A stretch of 61,597 nucleotides of DNA, filler included, from 8 parts of 8 records of this genome joined end to end with filler, not necessarily neighbours in it, one strand, 5' to 3'. Counted from the whole stretch's first letter, positions 38,251 to 49,187 are shown. Notes: generated by a model not told the origin, from the sequence alone. Numbers and translations are program-made.

Positions 38251-39354
38251 ATGGATCTGATTGAACGCGCGGCAAAAAAAGCCAAAAAAGAAGAGAACAA
38301 AAGTAGTTCTCTGGTTGAACGTGCTGCAAAAAAAGCTGGAAATAGCCCCTTTGAAAGGGCTGTAAGGGCAGGTATTGGTGATCCTGATAATCGGAAAGCT
38401 GATCCTTCTTCTTTGAATCCTGCTGACACTAATCAACCTGCCCCTAGTTCATTTAAGGGAATTGGTGCACCAGGCTCATCGCCTAAGCCAAAGCCAGCAA
38501 ATGAAGATACTGCGCCGAATACTAAGATTGCAAAAGTCGATGATACAAAGCCGAGATCTTTAGCTATTGGAGACACGGCTACTTCGCCTTCTGCTCCTAA
38601 AAAGAACCGTCCTAAAAAACCACCAGAAAACATTGATTTAGTGGCATTGCGTGAAGCTGGATACATTACGCCAGATATGCCTCCAAACCTGATGTCGGAA
38701 GAGTTTCGTATTATCAAACGCTCCTTGTTGCTTAAAGCGTTTGCAAAAGGTGACACAAAAGCAGGTAAAAATAATAATGTAATTTTGGTTACAAGCTCTA
38801 ACCCAAGTGAAGGCAAAACCTTTTGTACAATTAACCTCGCTCTTTCAATTGCGACCGAGCAAGATGTAACTGTGTTGCTGGTTGACGCTGATTTTTCCAA
38901 GCCTGAAATCCTTAACCGCCTTGGTATTAAGGGTGGGCGCGGTTTGATGGATGTAGTTGCCGACGGCAAAGTAGATGTTGGGGACTGTTTAATACGAACA
39001 AATATCCCTAATTTGGTGCTTTTGCCTGCTGGACGTCAGCATAATCTTACGACTGAATTGTTGGCAAGTGAGCGCATGGCAAATATGGTTTCTGAAATTT
39101 CAGAGCGGTATCCAGATCGTATTGTTATTTTTGACTCTCCACCGGTTCTTGCAAGCTCCGCTGCATCAGTTCTCGCGTTATATATGGGCCAGACAGTCTT
39201 TGTAATTGAGGCGGAGAAAACTACCGAACCTCAGATCAAAGAGAGTTTGGGTATGATTAGCGCCTGCGAAAATATTAACTTGCTACTCAATAAAACCAGA
39301 TACAATGGCAGCAATAAGAAATTTGCTACTTATTATGGTTACGGCGGACGATAG
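38251..39354 (+). CDS. XrtA-associated tyrosine autokinase (CpsD/CapB-like)
   Basis: EEFRIIKR, Walker A SSNPSEGKT, LLVDAD, FDSPP and Tyr tail YYGYG; start MDLIERAA. Confidence 0.88.
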   Translation: MDLIERAAKKAKKEENKSSSLVERAAKKAGNSPFERAVRAGIGDPDNRKADPSSLNPADTNQPAPSSFKGIGAPGSSPKPKPANEDTAPNTKIAKVDDTKPRSLAIGDTATSPSAPKKNRPKKPPENIDLVALREAGYITPDMPPNLMSEEFRIIKRSLLLKAFAKGDTKAGKNNNVILVTSSNPSEGKTFCTINLALSIATEQDVTVLLVDADFSKPEILNRLGIKGGRGLMDVVADGKVDVGDCLIRTNIPNLVLLPAGRQHNLTTELLASERMANMVSEISERYPDRIVIFDSPPVLASSAASVLALYMGQTVFVIEAEKTTEPQIKESLGMISACENINLLLNKTRYNGSNKKFATYYGYGGR

Positions 39355-39362
39355 GAAACGCC

Positions 39363-40883
39363 GTGATATTCTCTACTAATCGTATAGGGGCAGTTTTAAA
39401 CTGCAGGCCTGCAGGGTGGAGTGCCATCTTGCCAGCAACGTTGTTGTTACTTGGCTTTTCGCCGGCGGTTTTTGCACAGCACATTTATATTGATCCTCGT
39501 TCTGAGGTTAGATTATCCGCCACAGATAATGCGAACCTTACAGAAACAAATACGGTATCTGATGCCGTCCTAAACACTGCCATTGGTTTTAATGCACGAA
39601 TTGATGGTAGCCGCACTAATTTAGCGATTGATTATTCTTTGGATAACTTTTTGTTTCTAAGTGACGGCGGGTCTGAATATCGACAGAATCTGTTTGGTAC
39701 GTTGGACGCTGAGGTCTGGAAAAACCATTTTACTGTTAACGGTCGTGCAAGTTTACGTCAGCAGTTCCTGGATCAAAGAAGCAGCCTTTCTGGAAGTTCG
39801 GCCAATAGAACCACAAATCGGAGATTAGTTCAGTCCTATACAGGGACTGGTATATTTAGGACAGGCATTAGAGATTTTGCTGACGCCCGAGTGACCTACA
39901 GGTTTGGTATAACGGAAAGCCCAGCAGATAACTTGGAAGATGAGACTTTAACAGTGAATTTTTCCGACTCTATCAGCCATGAAATATTTGCATCTATAGA
40001 CTCTGGTGATCGTTTTCGTGCGTTTCAGTGGCGTTTGTTTGCTGAATCGTCACGTATCACGCGATCTCTTGATGTAAATGACTTTAGAAGGGAGCGCGCG
40101 GGCGCTGACCTTACTCTCAAATTTAATCGTTTCTTTCAGTTAACCGGGAATGTGAATGTATCCAGTAATGATTTCCAAACTGATATCTTAGCGGAAGATG
40201 GTTTCGGCTGGGAGGCTGGTTTTCGTTGGACACCAGGACGCAAATTGGATCTAGCTGTTTCATATGGCCGCGAAGGTGCACGTGAAGTCTGGTATGCTTC
40301 ATTACAGCACTTTTTTTCGGTCAGGTTTGATTTCAGAGGTAGCTATACTGATACAATTACAGCGAATACGATTGTTTTAAACGATAATCTTAATAGCCTT
40401 CAATTTCGTGGAAATGAGGGCATATTTAATGGTGGCGGCTTACCTATTGATGAAACAGACCCGACATTTTCATTCGCAGATACGGACTTTAGAAGACGCG
40501 CCGCCACTGGAACATTTACACTTAGACAAAGGCGCACAACAAGCTATTTAACTGGTAATGTTGAGTGGCGGACCTTTGATGATGGTACTGGTACAGGGCA
40601 ATCTTGGGGCCTTTCAACCGGAATAGATCACCAAATAAATGAAAGAACCTCAATATCTGCTCGACTTAGCTACCGACAGAGTTTATTTGATAATGGGGTC
40701 GTGGTAGATAATCTGACGAGAAGAATAGACGATATTATTGTTGGGAACCTGAGCTGGACCAAAACTATGTCGGAATATATGCGTATTGCGCTATCTTTCG
40801 ATCACACTCAACGCCTATCAAATGTTGAGGGGCAAAATTTGGAAGAGAATGTTCTTACAATTTATCTAAGAGGGACCTTTTAG
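39363..40883 (+). CDS. PEP-CTERM system-associated outer-membrane beta-barrel protein
   Basis: Signal peptide, ATDNANL motif, amphipathic strands and C-terminal Phe; locus context. Confidence 0.75.
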   Translation: MIFSTNRIGAVLNCRPAGWSAILPATLLLLGFSPAVFAQHIYIDPRSEVRLSATDNANLTETNTVSDAVLNTAIGFNARIDGSRTNLAIDYSLDNFLFLSDGGSEYRQNLFGTLDAEVWKNHFTVNGRASLRQQFLDQRSSLSGSSANRTTNRRLVQSYTGTGIFRTGIRDFADARVTYRFGITESPADNLEDETLTVNFSDSISHEIFASIDSGDRFRAFQWRLFAESSRITRSLDVNDFRRERAGADLTLKFNRFFQLTGNVNVSSNDFQTDILAEDGFGWEAGFRWTPGRKLDLAVSYGREGAREVWYASLQHFFSVRFDFRGSYTDTITANTIVLNDNLNSLQFRGNEGIFNGGGLPIDETDPTFSFADTDFRRRAATGTFTLRQRRTTSYLTGNVEWRTFDDGTGTGQSWGLSTGIDHQINERTSISARLSYRQSLFDNGVVVDNLTRRIDDIIVGNLSWTKTMSEYMRIALSFDHTQRLSNVEGQNLEENVLTIYLRGTF

Positions 40884-40889
40884 TTTCGC

Positions 40890-41933
40890 ATGTATGAAAG
40901 CTTTTACAATCTTCAGGGCCGGCCGTTTCAGCTAACGCCTGATCCTCGTTTTTATTTTAGTTCCAGAACCCATAAAAAGGCGATGGCGTATCTAACCTAT
41001 GGTTTGAACCAAGGTGAAGGTTTTATCATTGTGACCGGTGACATTGGCACAGGTAAAACCACATTGGTGCGGCATCTTTTTGATACTCTGGATCGTAACG
41101 AATTTATTGCCGCAATGATTGTGAGTACTCAGCTCAGTGCTGAGGACTTGCTCCGTAGTGTGGTTGCTGCTTTTGGTCTCGATGCTCAAGCTGAAGACAA
41201 AGGTCAGCTACTGGCGCGGCTTGAAAAGCATTTGCGTGAACAGTTTGCGCGAGGGCGCCGGGCGCTGCTTGTGGTGGATGAAGCTCAAAACCTCTCAAAT
41301 GCTGCGCTGGAAGAAATGCGCATGCTCTCAAACTTTCAGGAAGGCGACAAAGCTTTAGTTCAAAGCTTCCTGGTTGGTCAGCCTGAATTTCGTGAGCGTA
41401 TTTTTGTGGCGCCGGAGCTGGAGCAATTACGCCAACGGGTTATTGCTACTCACCATCTTGAGCCTATGGAGCAGGAAGAACTGGCGGACTATATACAACA
41501 CCGATTGAGTTTGGTTGGCTGGGACAACGACCCATGCTTTACGGCTGATGCTGTTGAGGCCATCTTTAATCATTCTGCTGGTGTTCCTAGGCGCTTGAAC
41601 ACATTGTGTTCGCGCGTTTTGCTATATGGCTCACTTGAAGAGGTGCACACTATTGATGGGGAAGTTGTTGCATCTGTTATTGCGGATATGACCAGTGATA
41701 CTAGGCCTGTTACGTCTACATCCTCGGCCGCTGTTAGGCCTGCGCCTACACCTAATGCAGCAAGTGATGCTACTGTTCCATTGGAAGCTCCTAAAAATGC
41801 TAAAGCTAAAGCTGAGGTAGATGGTAGGATTGACAAGCTGGAAACTATGATGAAATCACAAGACCAGACTTTACAACAGCTTACTCAGCTTATGACCCAG
41901 CTTGCAAGTGGAGCGGACAAGGACGAAAAATAG
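40890..41933 (+). CDS. XrtA/PEP-CTERM-associated AAA ATPase (ExeA-like)
   Basis: PFQLTPDPRF, GDIGTGKTT, VVDEAQNL and LVGQPE. Confidence 0.9.
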   Translation: MYESFYNLQGRPFQLTPDPRFYFSSRTHKKAMAYLTYGLNQGEGFIIVTGDIGTGKTTLVRHLFDTLDRNEFIAAMIVSTQLSAEDLLRSVVAAFGLDAQAEDKGQLLARLEKHLREQFARGRRALLVVDEAQNLSNAALEEMRMLSNFQEGDKALVQSFLVGQPEFRERIFVAPELEQLRQRVIATHHLEPMEQEELADYIQHRLSLVGWDNDPCFTADAVEAIFNHSAGVPRRLNTLCSRVLLYGSLEEVHTIDGEVVASVIADMTSDTRPVTSTSSAAVRPAPTPNAASDATVPLEAPKNAKAKAEVDGRIDKLETMMKSQDQTLQQLTQLMTQLASGADKDEK

Positions 41934-41936
41934 GAC

Positions 41937-42848
41937 ATGTCCGCAGTTGCCCCTGTTGACCTAAAAATGGTACCTCGTCGACCGGGAAAGGTTGGCGGCT
42001 CTTCTATAAATTCGTTTTCTGTAGATGTTGAAGAATGGTTTCAAGTTGGGGCCTTTGAAAATTCGCTAAGTCGTGATGATTGGCCTAATCTTGAGAGCAG
42101 GGTAGTATATCAGACCAATAATGTCTTAATGCTGCTTGAGGCAAGTGGTGTTTCAGCCACTTTTTTCTGCCTCGGATGGGTCGCAGAACGATTTCCAAGT
42201 CTAATCAAATCTATTGCAGATGCGGGCCATGAAGTTGGCTGCCATGGAATGGACCATCAACGTATATACACAATGACAGCCGCAGAATTTGCGGACGATA
42301 TTACTCGCGCTAAAAAACTGCTGGAAGATGCTAGCAGTTCTTCCGTAATTGGTTATAGAGCGCCAAGTTTTTCCATGACTTACGACATTTGGCCTTATTA
42401 CAATCTGCTAATTGAGGCAGGGTTTAAATATTCTTCCAGTATAGTGCCGGCGAAAACTGACCATTACGGTATGTCTGGCTTGCCGCGGTTACCATTCTTT
42501 CCTGTTCAGGATAGTGAGTTTATTGAGGTTCCTATGACGGTGGCAGAAATTGCAGGCCGAATGTTTCCTGCATCAGGGGGAGGGTACTTTCGCCTGTTGC
42601 CTCAGTTTTTATCACACTTTTTGATGAAAAAAGCTTTTCGGCAAACCGACTTCGGCACAATTTTTTATATGCACCCATGGGAAATAGATCCAGAGCAACC
42701 TTTCGTAAAGGAAGCGCCATTTATTTCTCGGTTTCGTCATTACACAGGTCAGTCTCAAATGGCAGGGAAAATATCGAACCTTTTGGCTGGTGCCCGGTAT
42801 ACCCGTGTTGACCATATGCTTTCTGACCAATTTTCAGTGAGCTTATAG
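41937..42848 (+). CDS. XrtA-system polysaccharide deacetylase
   Basis: SVDVEEWF, HEVGCHGMDH, GYRAPSFS, GGGYFRL and FYMHPWEID. Confidence 0.9.
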   Translation: MSAVAPVDLKMVPRRPGKVGGSSINSFSVDVEEWFQVGAFENSLSRDDWPNLESRVVYQTNNVLMLLEASGVSATFFCLGWVAERFPSLIKSIADAGHEVGCHGMDHQRIYTMTAAEFADDITRAKKLLEDASSSSVIGYRAPSFSMTYDIWPYYNLLIEAGFKYSSSIVPAKTDHYGMSGLPRLPFFPVQDSEFIEVPMTVAEIAGRMFPASGGGYFRLLPQFLSHFLMKKAFRQTDFGTIFYMHPWEIDPEQPFVKEAPFISRFRHYTGQSQMAGKISNLLAGARYTRVDHMLSDQFSVSL

Positions 42849-42850
42849 TT

Positions 42851-43465
42851 ATGGCAGTGCAGGTAACATATTTGAAGCTTGTCGAATATTCGGATTGGGA
42901 TGCTTTTGTTAAAGTCAGCCCTGACGGTACATTTTGCCACTTAGCTGGCTGGAAAACAGTCATTGAACAGGGCGCTGGCCAAAAATGTCCATATTTAATT
43001 GCTCGTCGAAACGGTGCAATTGTTGGTGTTTTGCCATTAACAGTGAAGCGGCATTTTCTTTTTGGAAAGGCGCTGATCTCTAATATGTTTTGCGTTTACG
43101 GCGGTGCCATAGGTGTGGATGATGAAGTTATAGGGGCTTTGTATGATCATGCGTGGCAGTTAGCAGAGACAGAGGGCTTGCCTGTATTTGAGGTTCGGGG
43201 CAACGCTGCACCCTATACCAATGAAGCCCACTGGATAACCACAAGCGAATCCGCTACCTTCATAAAAGCACTAGCCGACAATGACGAAGAACAATTGCTT
43301 GCAATTCCGAGAAAGCAACGTGCCGTTATTCGAAAAAGCTTAAAGAACGCCATGACCATAAAATGGGATGGTGATATAGACGTATTTTATGACCTTTATG
43401 CGCAGAGTGTATTGTCATTGGGTACGCCGGTTTTTCCAAAGAAGTTATTCCAAGAGCTAAAGAAA
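42851..43465 (+). CDS. FemAB-related XrtA/PEP-CTERM protein (3' truncated)
   Basis: WDAFV..PDGTFCH, FCVYGG, IPRKQRAVIRK and LGTPVF. Confidence 0.85.
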
Positions 43466-43565
43466 NNNNNNNNNNNNNNNNNNNNNNNNNNNNNNNNNNN
43501 NNNNNNNNNTTAATTAATTAANNNNNNNNNNNNNNNNNNNNNNNNNNNNNNNNNNNNNNNNNNNN
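43466..43565. other. Artificial contig linker 5
   Basis: N run containing TTAATTAATTAA. Confidence 0.99.
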
Positions 43566-45006
43566 CGTTCACGGTGATGTCGGCGATATAGGTCAGCACC
43601 TTGGTGCCCCGGTCGCGACGGCGTTTGAAATCGAACAGACCCGGCGTCTCGTCAATGAACTTGGTGGTGTATTCATTGTTCAGGAACGTGGGGTGCTTCA
43701 GCAGGTTCTCGACAAACGCGATGTTGGTGCTGACGCCCCGGATGCGGAATTCGCGTAGTGCGCGGTCCATACGGGCAATCGCCATTTCGGGTGTTGGCGC
43801 TTTAGCGGTGATCTTGGTCAGCAGGCTGTCGTAATAGCGCGTGATGACCCCGCCAGCATAGGCGGTGCCCCCATCCAGACGAATGCCCATACCAGTGGCC
43901 GACCGATAGGCCGTGATGCGACCATAGTCGGGAATAAAGTTGTTCTGCGGATCCTCAGTCGTGATCCGGGTCTGCAGGGCGTGGCCTGTCAGGGTGATCT
44001 GGGATTGATCCGCTTTGCCCGTGGCCTCGGCAATGGGCTTGCCCTCGGCGATCAGGATCTGGGCGCGCACAATGTCGATGCCGGTGACTTCTTCGGTCAC
44101 GGTGTGCTCTACCTGAACACGCGGGTTCACTTCGATGAAATAGAACTTACCGTCGTTCATATCCATAAGGAATTCGACCGTACCGGCGCATTCGTAATTT
44201 ACGTGAGCACAGATTTTGCGGCCCAATTCACAAATCTCGGCGCGCTGCTCTTCGCTCAGATACGGTGCCGGGGCGCGTTCCACGACCTTTTGGTTGCGCC
44301 GCTGGACCGAGCAATCCCGCTCAAACAGGTGATAGATCTCACCATGCTTGTCGCCTAAAATCTGCACCTCGACGTGGCGCGCGCGCAGGATCATCTTTTC
44401 CAGATACCCCTCGCCATTGCCAAAGGCGGATTCCGCCTCGCGACGCCCTTCCAAAACTTTCTCTTCCAGCTCATCAGGGCCGTGGATCGGGCGCATGCCG
44501 CGTCCACCGCCACCCCATGACGCCTTGAGCATCAACGGATATCCGACCTCGGCGGCCTCGGCGCGGATTGCGTCCATGTCATCGCCCAGAACCTCGGTTG
44601 CAGGGATAACGGGAACACCGGCCTGAACCGCCACCTTGCGGGCGCTGGCCTTGTCGCCAAGGGCGCGCATGGTTTCCGCTTTGGGGCCGATAAAGGTGAT
44701 GCCATTCTGGGCACAGGCATCCACAAATTCCGGGTTCTCAGACAACAGCCCATAGCCGGGATGGATCGCATCTGCACCGCTTTCTTTGGCAACGCGGATC
44801 ATCTCATCAATACTCAGATAGGCCGCAACCGGACCCATCCCTTCGCCAATGCGATAGGCCTCGTCCGCCTTGAACCGGTGCAGGCCCAACTTGTCCTCCT
44901 CGGCGTAAACAGCGACGGTGCGCTTTCCCATTTCATTGGCGGCGCGCATTACACGGATCGCAATCTCACCGCGGTTCGCGATCAGGATCTTTTTGAAGTC
45001 AGTCAT
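43566..45006 (-). CDS. pyc: Pyruvate carboxylase (biotin carboxylase part; 3' truncated)
   Basis: KILIANRGEIAIR, HRFKADEAY, ERDCSVQRR, GIRLDGG and RDRGTKVLTYIAD. Confidence 0.93.
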
Positions 45007-45144
45007 GGCAGGTCCGAGTCCCTTAGGAGTGTGGGCGTGGGTTTTAGGCGGACAATAAGCCCACGTATATTGGTAGTTCTGGGTAGAACCGGCATGTTAA
45101 CGCTCGCAAACGCCGGTTTCAGACTTTTGTTGCACCGGTTTTAC

Positions 45145-46290
45145 TCAGTCAAAGGCCGATAACTGGATCGCAGGGGGCAGATCGCGCAAAGATCTTGCGC
45201 CGAGTTGGCCCATATTCGCCATCATATCCTGCCTGAGAATGTCAATTACATGCGCTGGACCTTTGGCACCAAGGGCTGCCAAACCAAAGTGAAACGCCCG
45301 CCCAAGCATCACAAAATCAGCACCCAGAGCTAAAGCGCGCAAGATATCCAAACCGCCTTCGATGCCGCTGTCGAATATCAGGGGCAATTCAGTGGCAGCA
45401 CGGATCAGTGGAAGCGCTTCAATCGCAGCCGGGGCCCCATCAAATTGTCGCCCGGCATGATTGGAAACCCAAAGGGCATCGACGCCGATGGACTCGAGCT
45501 GTGCAACATCCTGATCCCGCATTAAGCCCTTGATGATAAAGGGGCCATCCCAGTGATCGCGCAGCCATTTAACATAGTCCATATCAGGCGAGGTGCGTAG
45601 CAAATAGCCAATATGCGCGGTGGGGGGCAGATTGGATTGCTTCTCTATATACTTATCCAAACTACGCATTCGGGGCATGCCGTTTTGGGCCATACCCAAA
45701 GCCCATGCTGGGCGCATTGCGATTTGGGCCAGCAAACGCGGAGTTAGCTTTGGCGGTTGCGTCAGGCCCGACCGGGTCTGACGTTCCCTGCGAGAGGCGA
45801 CCGGCACATCCACGGTCAACACAAGTGTTGAGAAACCTGACGACTTTGCGCGATTTAGGATATCCTGTCGAATGTCGGGTTTTTTAGGCGGATACAGCTG
45901 GAACCAGGCCTGTGATCCAATATGTGGTGACATATCTTCGGGGCTTTGGCTGGCCACGGTCGACAGGGTATAGGGAATGTCGGCGCGCGCTGCCTCTTGC
46001 GCCAAAAGGTGCTCTGCTTTGGGCCAGATAAGGCCCGACATGCCTATCGGGGAAACCCCAAAGGGCAGCGGATAGTTTTGCCCCAAAAACGTAGTGCTCA
46101 GATCAAAATCCATCGCCCCATGCAGGATCGAAGGATTGAACCCAATGTGATCCAATGCGGCACGGTTGCGCGCTTTGGTGGCTTCGACCCCCGTGCCGCT
46201 ATCCAGATATTCCCAAACAAAGCGGGGAATGCGGCGCTTAGCGCGCCACTTCAAGTCCAGGATGCCTGGAAATGTGCTGTGTAAATCCAT
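45145..46290 (-). CDS. FMN-dependent alpha-hydroxy-acid oxidase / L-lactate dehydrogenase
   Basis: WFQLY, LTVDVP, IKG, VSNHAGRQFD and DSGI..G.D. Confidence 0.9.
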   Translation of the reverse strand: MDLHSTFPGILDLKWRAKRRIPRFVWEYLDSGTGVEATKARNRAALDHIGFNPSILHGAMDFDLSTTFLGQNYPLPFGVSPIGMSGLIWPKAEHLLAQEAARADIPYTLSTVASQSPEDMSPHIGSQAWFQLYPPKKPDIRQDILNRAKSSGFSTLVLTVDVPVASRRERQTRSGLTQPPKLTPRLLAQIAMRPAWALGMAQNGMPRMRSLDKYIEKQSNLPPTAHIGYLLRTSPDMDYVKWLRDHWDGPFIIKGLMRDQDVAQLESIGVDALWVSNHAGRQFDGAPAAIEALPLIRAATELPLIFDSGIEGGLDILRALALGADFVMLGRAFHFGLAALGAKGPAHVIDILRQDMMANMGQLGARSLRDLPPAIQLSAFD

Positions 46291-46328
46291 GAGGATTGAT
46301 CAGCGTTCCCGCGCGATTCGACAAGGGG

Positions 46329-48149
46329 TTACTCAGCCGCCAACGTTGGGCCGGCCTGAGTCGTCTCATTGGGCGTACCCCTCTCAGCGTCCTCTGTCTC
46401 TGGTAGGCCATTCAAGCTTTCGCTCAGGGTCGGGGCATTTTTGGCCAGCTGAATCTGGTTCCGCCCCTTTGCCTTGGCGTCATACAAGGCATCATCCGCT
46501 GAGCGCATCAAATCCTGTGGCATGGACCCATGGGTTGGAAAGAACGAAACCCCGGCCGAGATCGTAATGCGCGGCAGTGTCTTTTCTCCATAGCGTACTG
46601 AAATGGCTTCGACCGCCTGCCGCACGTGTTCGGCCCGTGTCATGACATCATCCTGCGAGGTTTCGGGCAGAATGATCATGAACTCTTCGCCGCCCATCCG
46701 ACAGGCGACTTCGTCCCCATCACAGGCTTGTTCCAGAACAGACCCAACAGCGCGCAACACCATGTCGCCTGCATCATGCCCATGAGTGTCGTTGAATTTC
46801 TTAAAGTGATCGACATCAATCGCGATCAGGCTCAGTTCGGCACCGGTGTTCTGACTGCGCGCGACTTTTTTGCGCAAATAGTCGGTCAGGTGGCGACGGT
46901 TGAACAGGCCCGTCAGCGGATCGCGTACAGACTGGTCATGCAATTGATCGCGCATACGCACGTTGGCAATGGCCATGCTGATTTGCTCTGCACACATTTG
47001 GGCAAGTTTCTTGCTCTCGGCGAAGTCCGCGCAATTGTCTGTTTGCGCGCGCAAATGCATCAACCCAACTGTTTCACCGTGCGCCAAAATGGGAAAGCAG
47101 AAATAAGGGCGGCCATCGTGTGGCTCCGCATGTTCGCAGACAAAGTCGATTTCGCTGCTGCCATATTCATAAGTACGCCCGCGGCGCAAACCCCAGCACC
47201 CATCAGGGTGAATGTGGGCCTTGTGATCGCCTCCGTTCCAGCTGGCGCTGCCATCCAGCACATCGCGTGAATTCGAGTATACGTAAACGCTGCCTTCTGC
47301 CGTCGGCAATATATGCGTCATGAACCGGGACACCATATCGAACAGTTCTTCCAGGGACCGGCTGGATTGCAACCATTCGTTCAATTCACCGAGCAATTGA
47401 ACCTCGCGGGCAAGACGCAATTGATCTTTTAGCAGGTGCCGCTCTTTTTCAGTACGATCATGCAGCGCGTGAAATTGACGACGGTTGGTGCGAAAAATGA
47501 CAAACGACACCGTCGCCATTGCTAGCAGCGCAATGACCGAAAGAATGGCCAGTGACATGCGGACACGCGTCACAAAAACCGCACGCATCTCGGTGAAGTC
47601 CGTGAAAAACTCAATCGCGCCAATGAAACGGCCATTCTCCATCACCGGCATGTAGACCTTGGCCACATGCCGTTGTTCCACTTGGGATGCATTTTCAACA
47701 TGCAGGTCCAAACCGTCTATTTCAGACAGCGGCTTCAGCTCGTGCACGTAATGGATCATGCCCTGCGCCAATTCGTTTCGGAAAAAGGCACCGTTTTCAA
47801 TCTCACCCACTTCGTGCTGACGTGTGGACCAGAAAACCTGACCCATCGTGTTCAGGAGTTTGTAGCGGTAGACGCTCGACGCTTCGGGAATCGCTCTCAA
47901 AAATTCTTCGTCGTGTTCATTGAACTGACCCGTTTCAAAGGAAACCGAAGGGCTCTCCATATGCAGCGTGACCCGGCGCTTCCACAACTCAGCCTCGTGG
48001 CGAATGTCCGTTTCAAGCATGTGTTCGACCAAGGGGCCGGGGATCTTATAGACCCCCCACGACGCCGCGGCCGTCAAAGTAATAAACAAAAGGCCGATTC
48101 CAGCCCACTTGAGCCGATGGCTCAGTGAAAAGGCGGTAGTGAGTGACAT
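46329..48149 (-). CDS. Membrane-bound sensor-GAF-GGDEF diguanylate cyclase
   Basis: Two TM segments, GAF with CWGLRRG, DPLTGLFNRR, DHFKKFND and RMGGEEF; start MSLTT with GGAG RBS. Confidence 0.9.
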   Translation of the reverse strand: MSLTTAFSLSHRLKWAGIGLLFITLTAAASWGVYKIPGPLVEHMLETDIRHEAELWKRRVTLHMESPSVSFETGQFNEHDEEFLRAIPEASSVYRYKLLNTMGQVFWSTRQHEVGEIENGAFFRNELAQGMIHYVHELKPLSEIDGLDLHVENASQVEQRHVAKVYMPVMENGRFIGAIEFFTDFTEMRAVFVTRVRMSLAILSVIALLAMATVSFVIFRTNRRQFHALHDRTEKERHLLKDQLRLAREVQLLGELNEWLQSSRSLEELFDMVSRFMTHILPTAEGSVYVYSNSRDVLDGSASWNGGDHKAHIHPDGCWGLRRGRTYEYGSSEIDFVCEHAEPHDGRPYFCFPILAHGETVGLMHLRAQTDNCADFAESKKLAQMCAEQISMAIANVRMRDQLHDQSVRDPLTGLFNRRHLTDYLRKKVARSQNTGAELSLIAIDVDHFKKFNDTHGHDAGDMVLRAVGSVLEQACDGDEVACRMGGEEFMIILPETSQDDVMTRAEHVRQAVEAISVRYGEKTLPRITISAGVSFFPTHGSMPQDLMRSADDALYDAKAKGRNQIQLAKNAPTLSESLNGLPETEDAERGTPNETTQAGPTLAAE

Positions 48150-48280
48150 ATTCGCGCTCCGTAGGATCTTAAGGGATCTATGGGTAACAGAGCTTGATAA
48201 AGTCTTAATTTTGCCGATGGTCAGTGGTTCTAGGCGCCTACATTTTGAACGAAATACCTGAATTTTGTTCCGTATTGCGT

Positions 48281-48295
48281 GAACAGTTCGTGAAC
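48281..48295 (+). promoter_or_regulatory. Alphaproteobacterial LexA box upstream of uvrD
   Basis: GAAC-AGTTCGT-GAAC, 41 nt before the ATG. Confidence 0.75.
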
Positions 48296-48336
48296 AAAGC
48301 CTTTCCCTCTGGTTAATTCCAGCGTATTTTGCGCCC

Positions 48337-49087
48337 ATGAGCAGCTTTGATGAAATGGACGCCTTCGACGGCGCCTCTCTGTCGGCGCGCGCGATGGCCG
48401 CGCGTCCGATGCCGTATCTGGATGACCTGAATCCTGAGCAGCGCCGCGCGGTTGAAACACTGGATGGTCCCGTGTTGATGCTGGCCGGGGCAGGGACAGG
48501 GAAAACCAAGGCGCTAACCACGCGGATTGTGCACCTGTTGAACACGGCACGCGCGCGCCCCAATGAAATTCTGGCGGTGACGTTTACGAACAAAGCAGCG
48601 CGCGAAATGAAAGAGCGTGTCGCGCGTATGTTGGGGCAGCCAGTCGAAGGCATGCCTTGGTTGGGGACCTTTCATTCAGTCTGCGTGAAACTGTTGCGCC
48701 GCCATGCGGAATTGGTGGGGCTCAAATCCAATTTCACCATTCTGGACACCGATGACCAGATCCGACTGCTCAAACAATTGATCAAGGCCGAGCAGATTGA
48801 TGACAAGCGCTGGCCAGCACGGCAATTGGCCGGGGTTATCGACAGCTGGAAAAACCGCGCCTTTACACCGGCCAACGTCCCGACCTCGGATGCCGGGGCT
48901 TATAATTATCGCGGCGTTGACCTCTACGCGCAATATCAGGCCCGCCTGAAGGAGCTGAATGCCGTCGATTTTGGTGATTTACTGCTACATGTGGTGACGA
49001 TTTTCCAAACGCATTCAGACGTTTTGGAGCAATACCAGCGTTGGTTCCGCTATGTGATGGTGGACGAATACCAAGATACCAACGTCG
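48337..49087 (+). CDS. uvrD: UvrD/PcrA helicase (3' truncated)
   Basis: LAGAGTGKT, VTFTNKAAREM, GTFHS and VDEYQDTN. Confidence 0.93.
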
Positions 49088-49187
49088 NNNNNNNNNNNNN
49101 NNNNNNNNNNNNNNNNNNNNNNNNNNNNNNNTTAATTAATTAANNNNNNNNNNNNNNNNNNNNNNNNNNNNNNNNNNNNNNNNNNNN
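49088..49187. other. Artificial contig linker 6
   Basis: N run containing TTAATTAATTAA. Confidence 0.99.

Noticed and set aside
48150-48653. 168-aa N-terminal extension of the diguanylate cyclase ORF overlapping uvrD in antisense
   Set aside because: This is a shadow frame of uvrD. A Met with a GGAG RBS and a TM segment begins at 48149.
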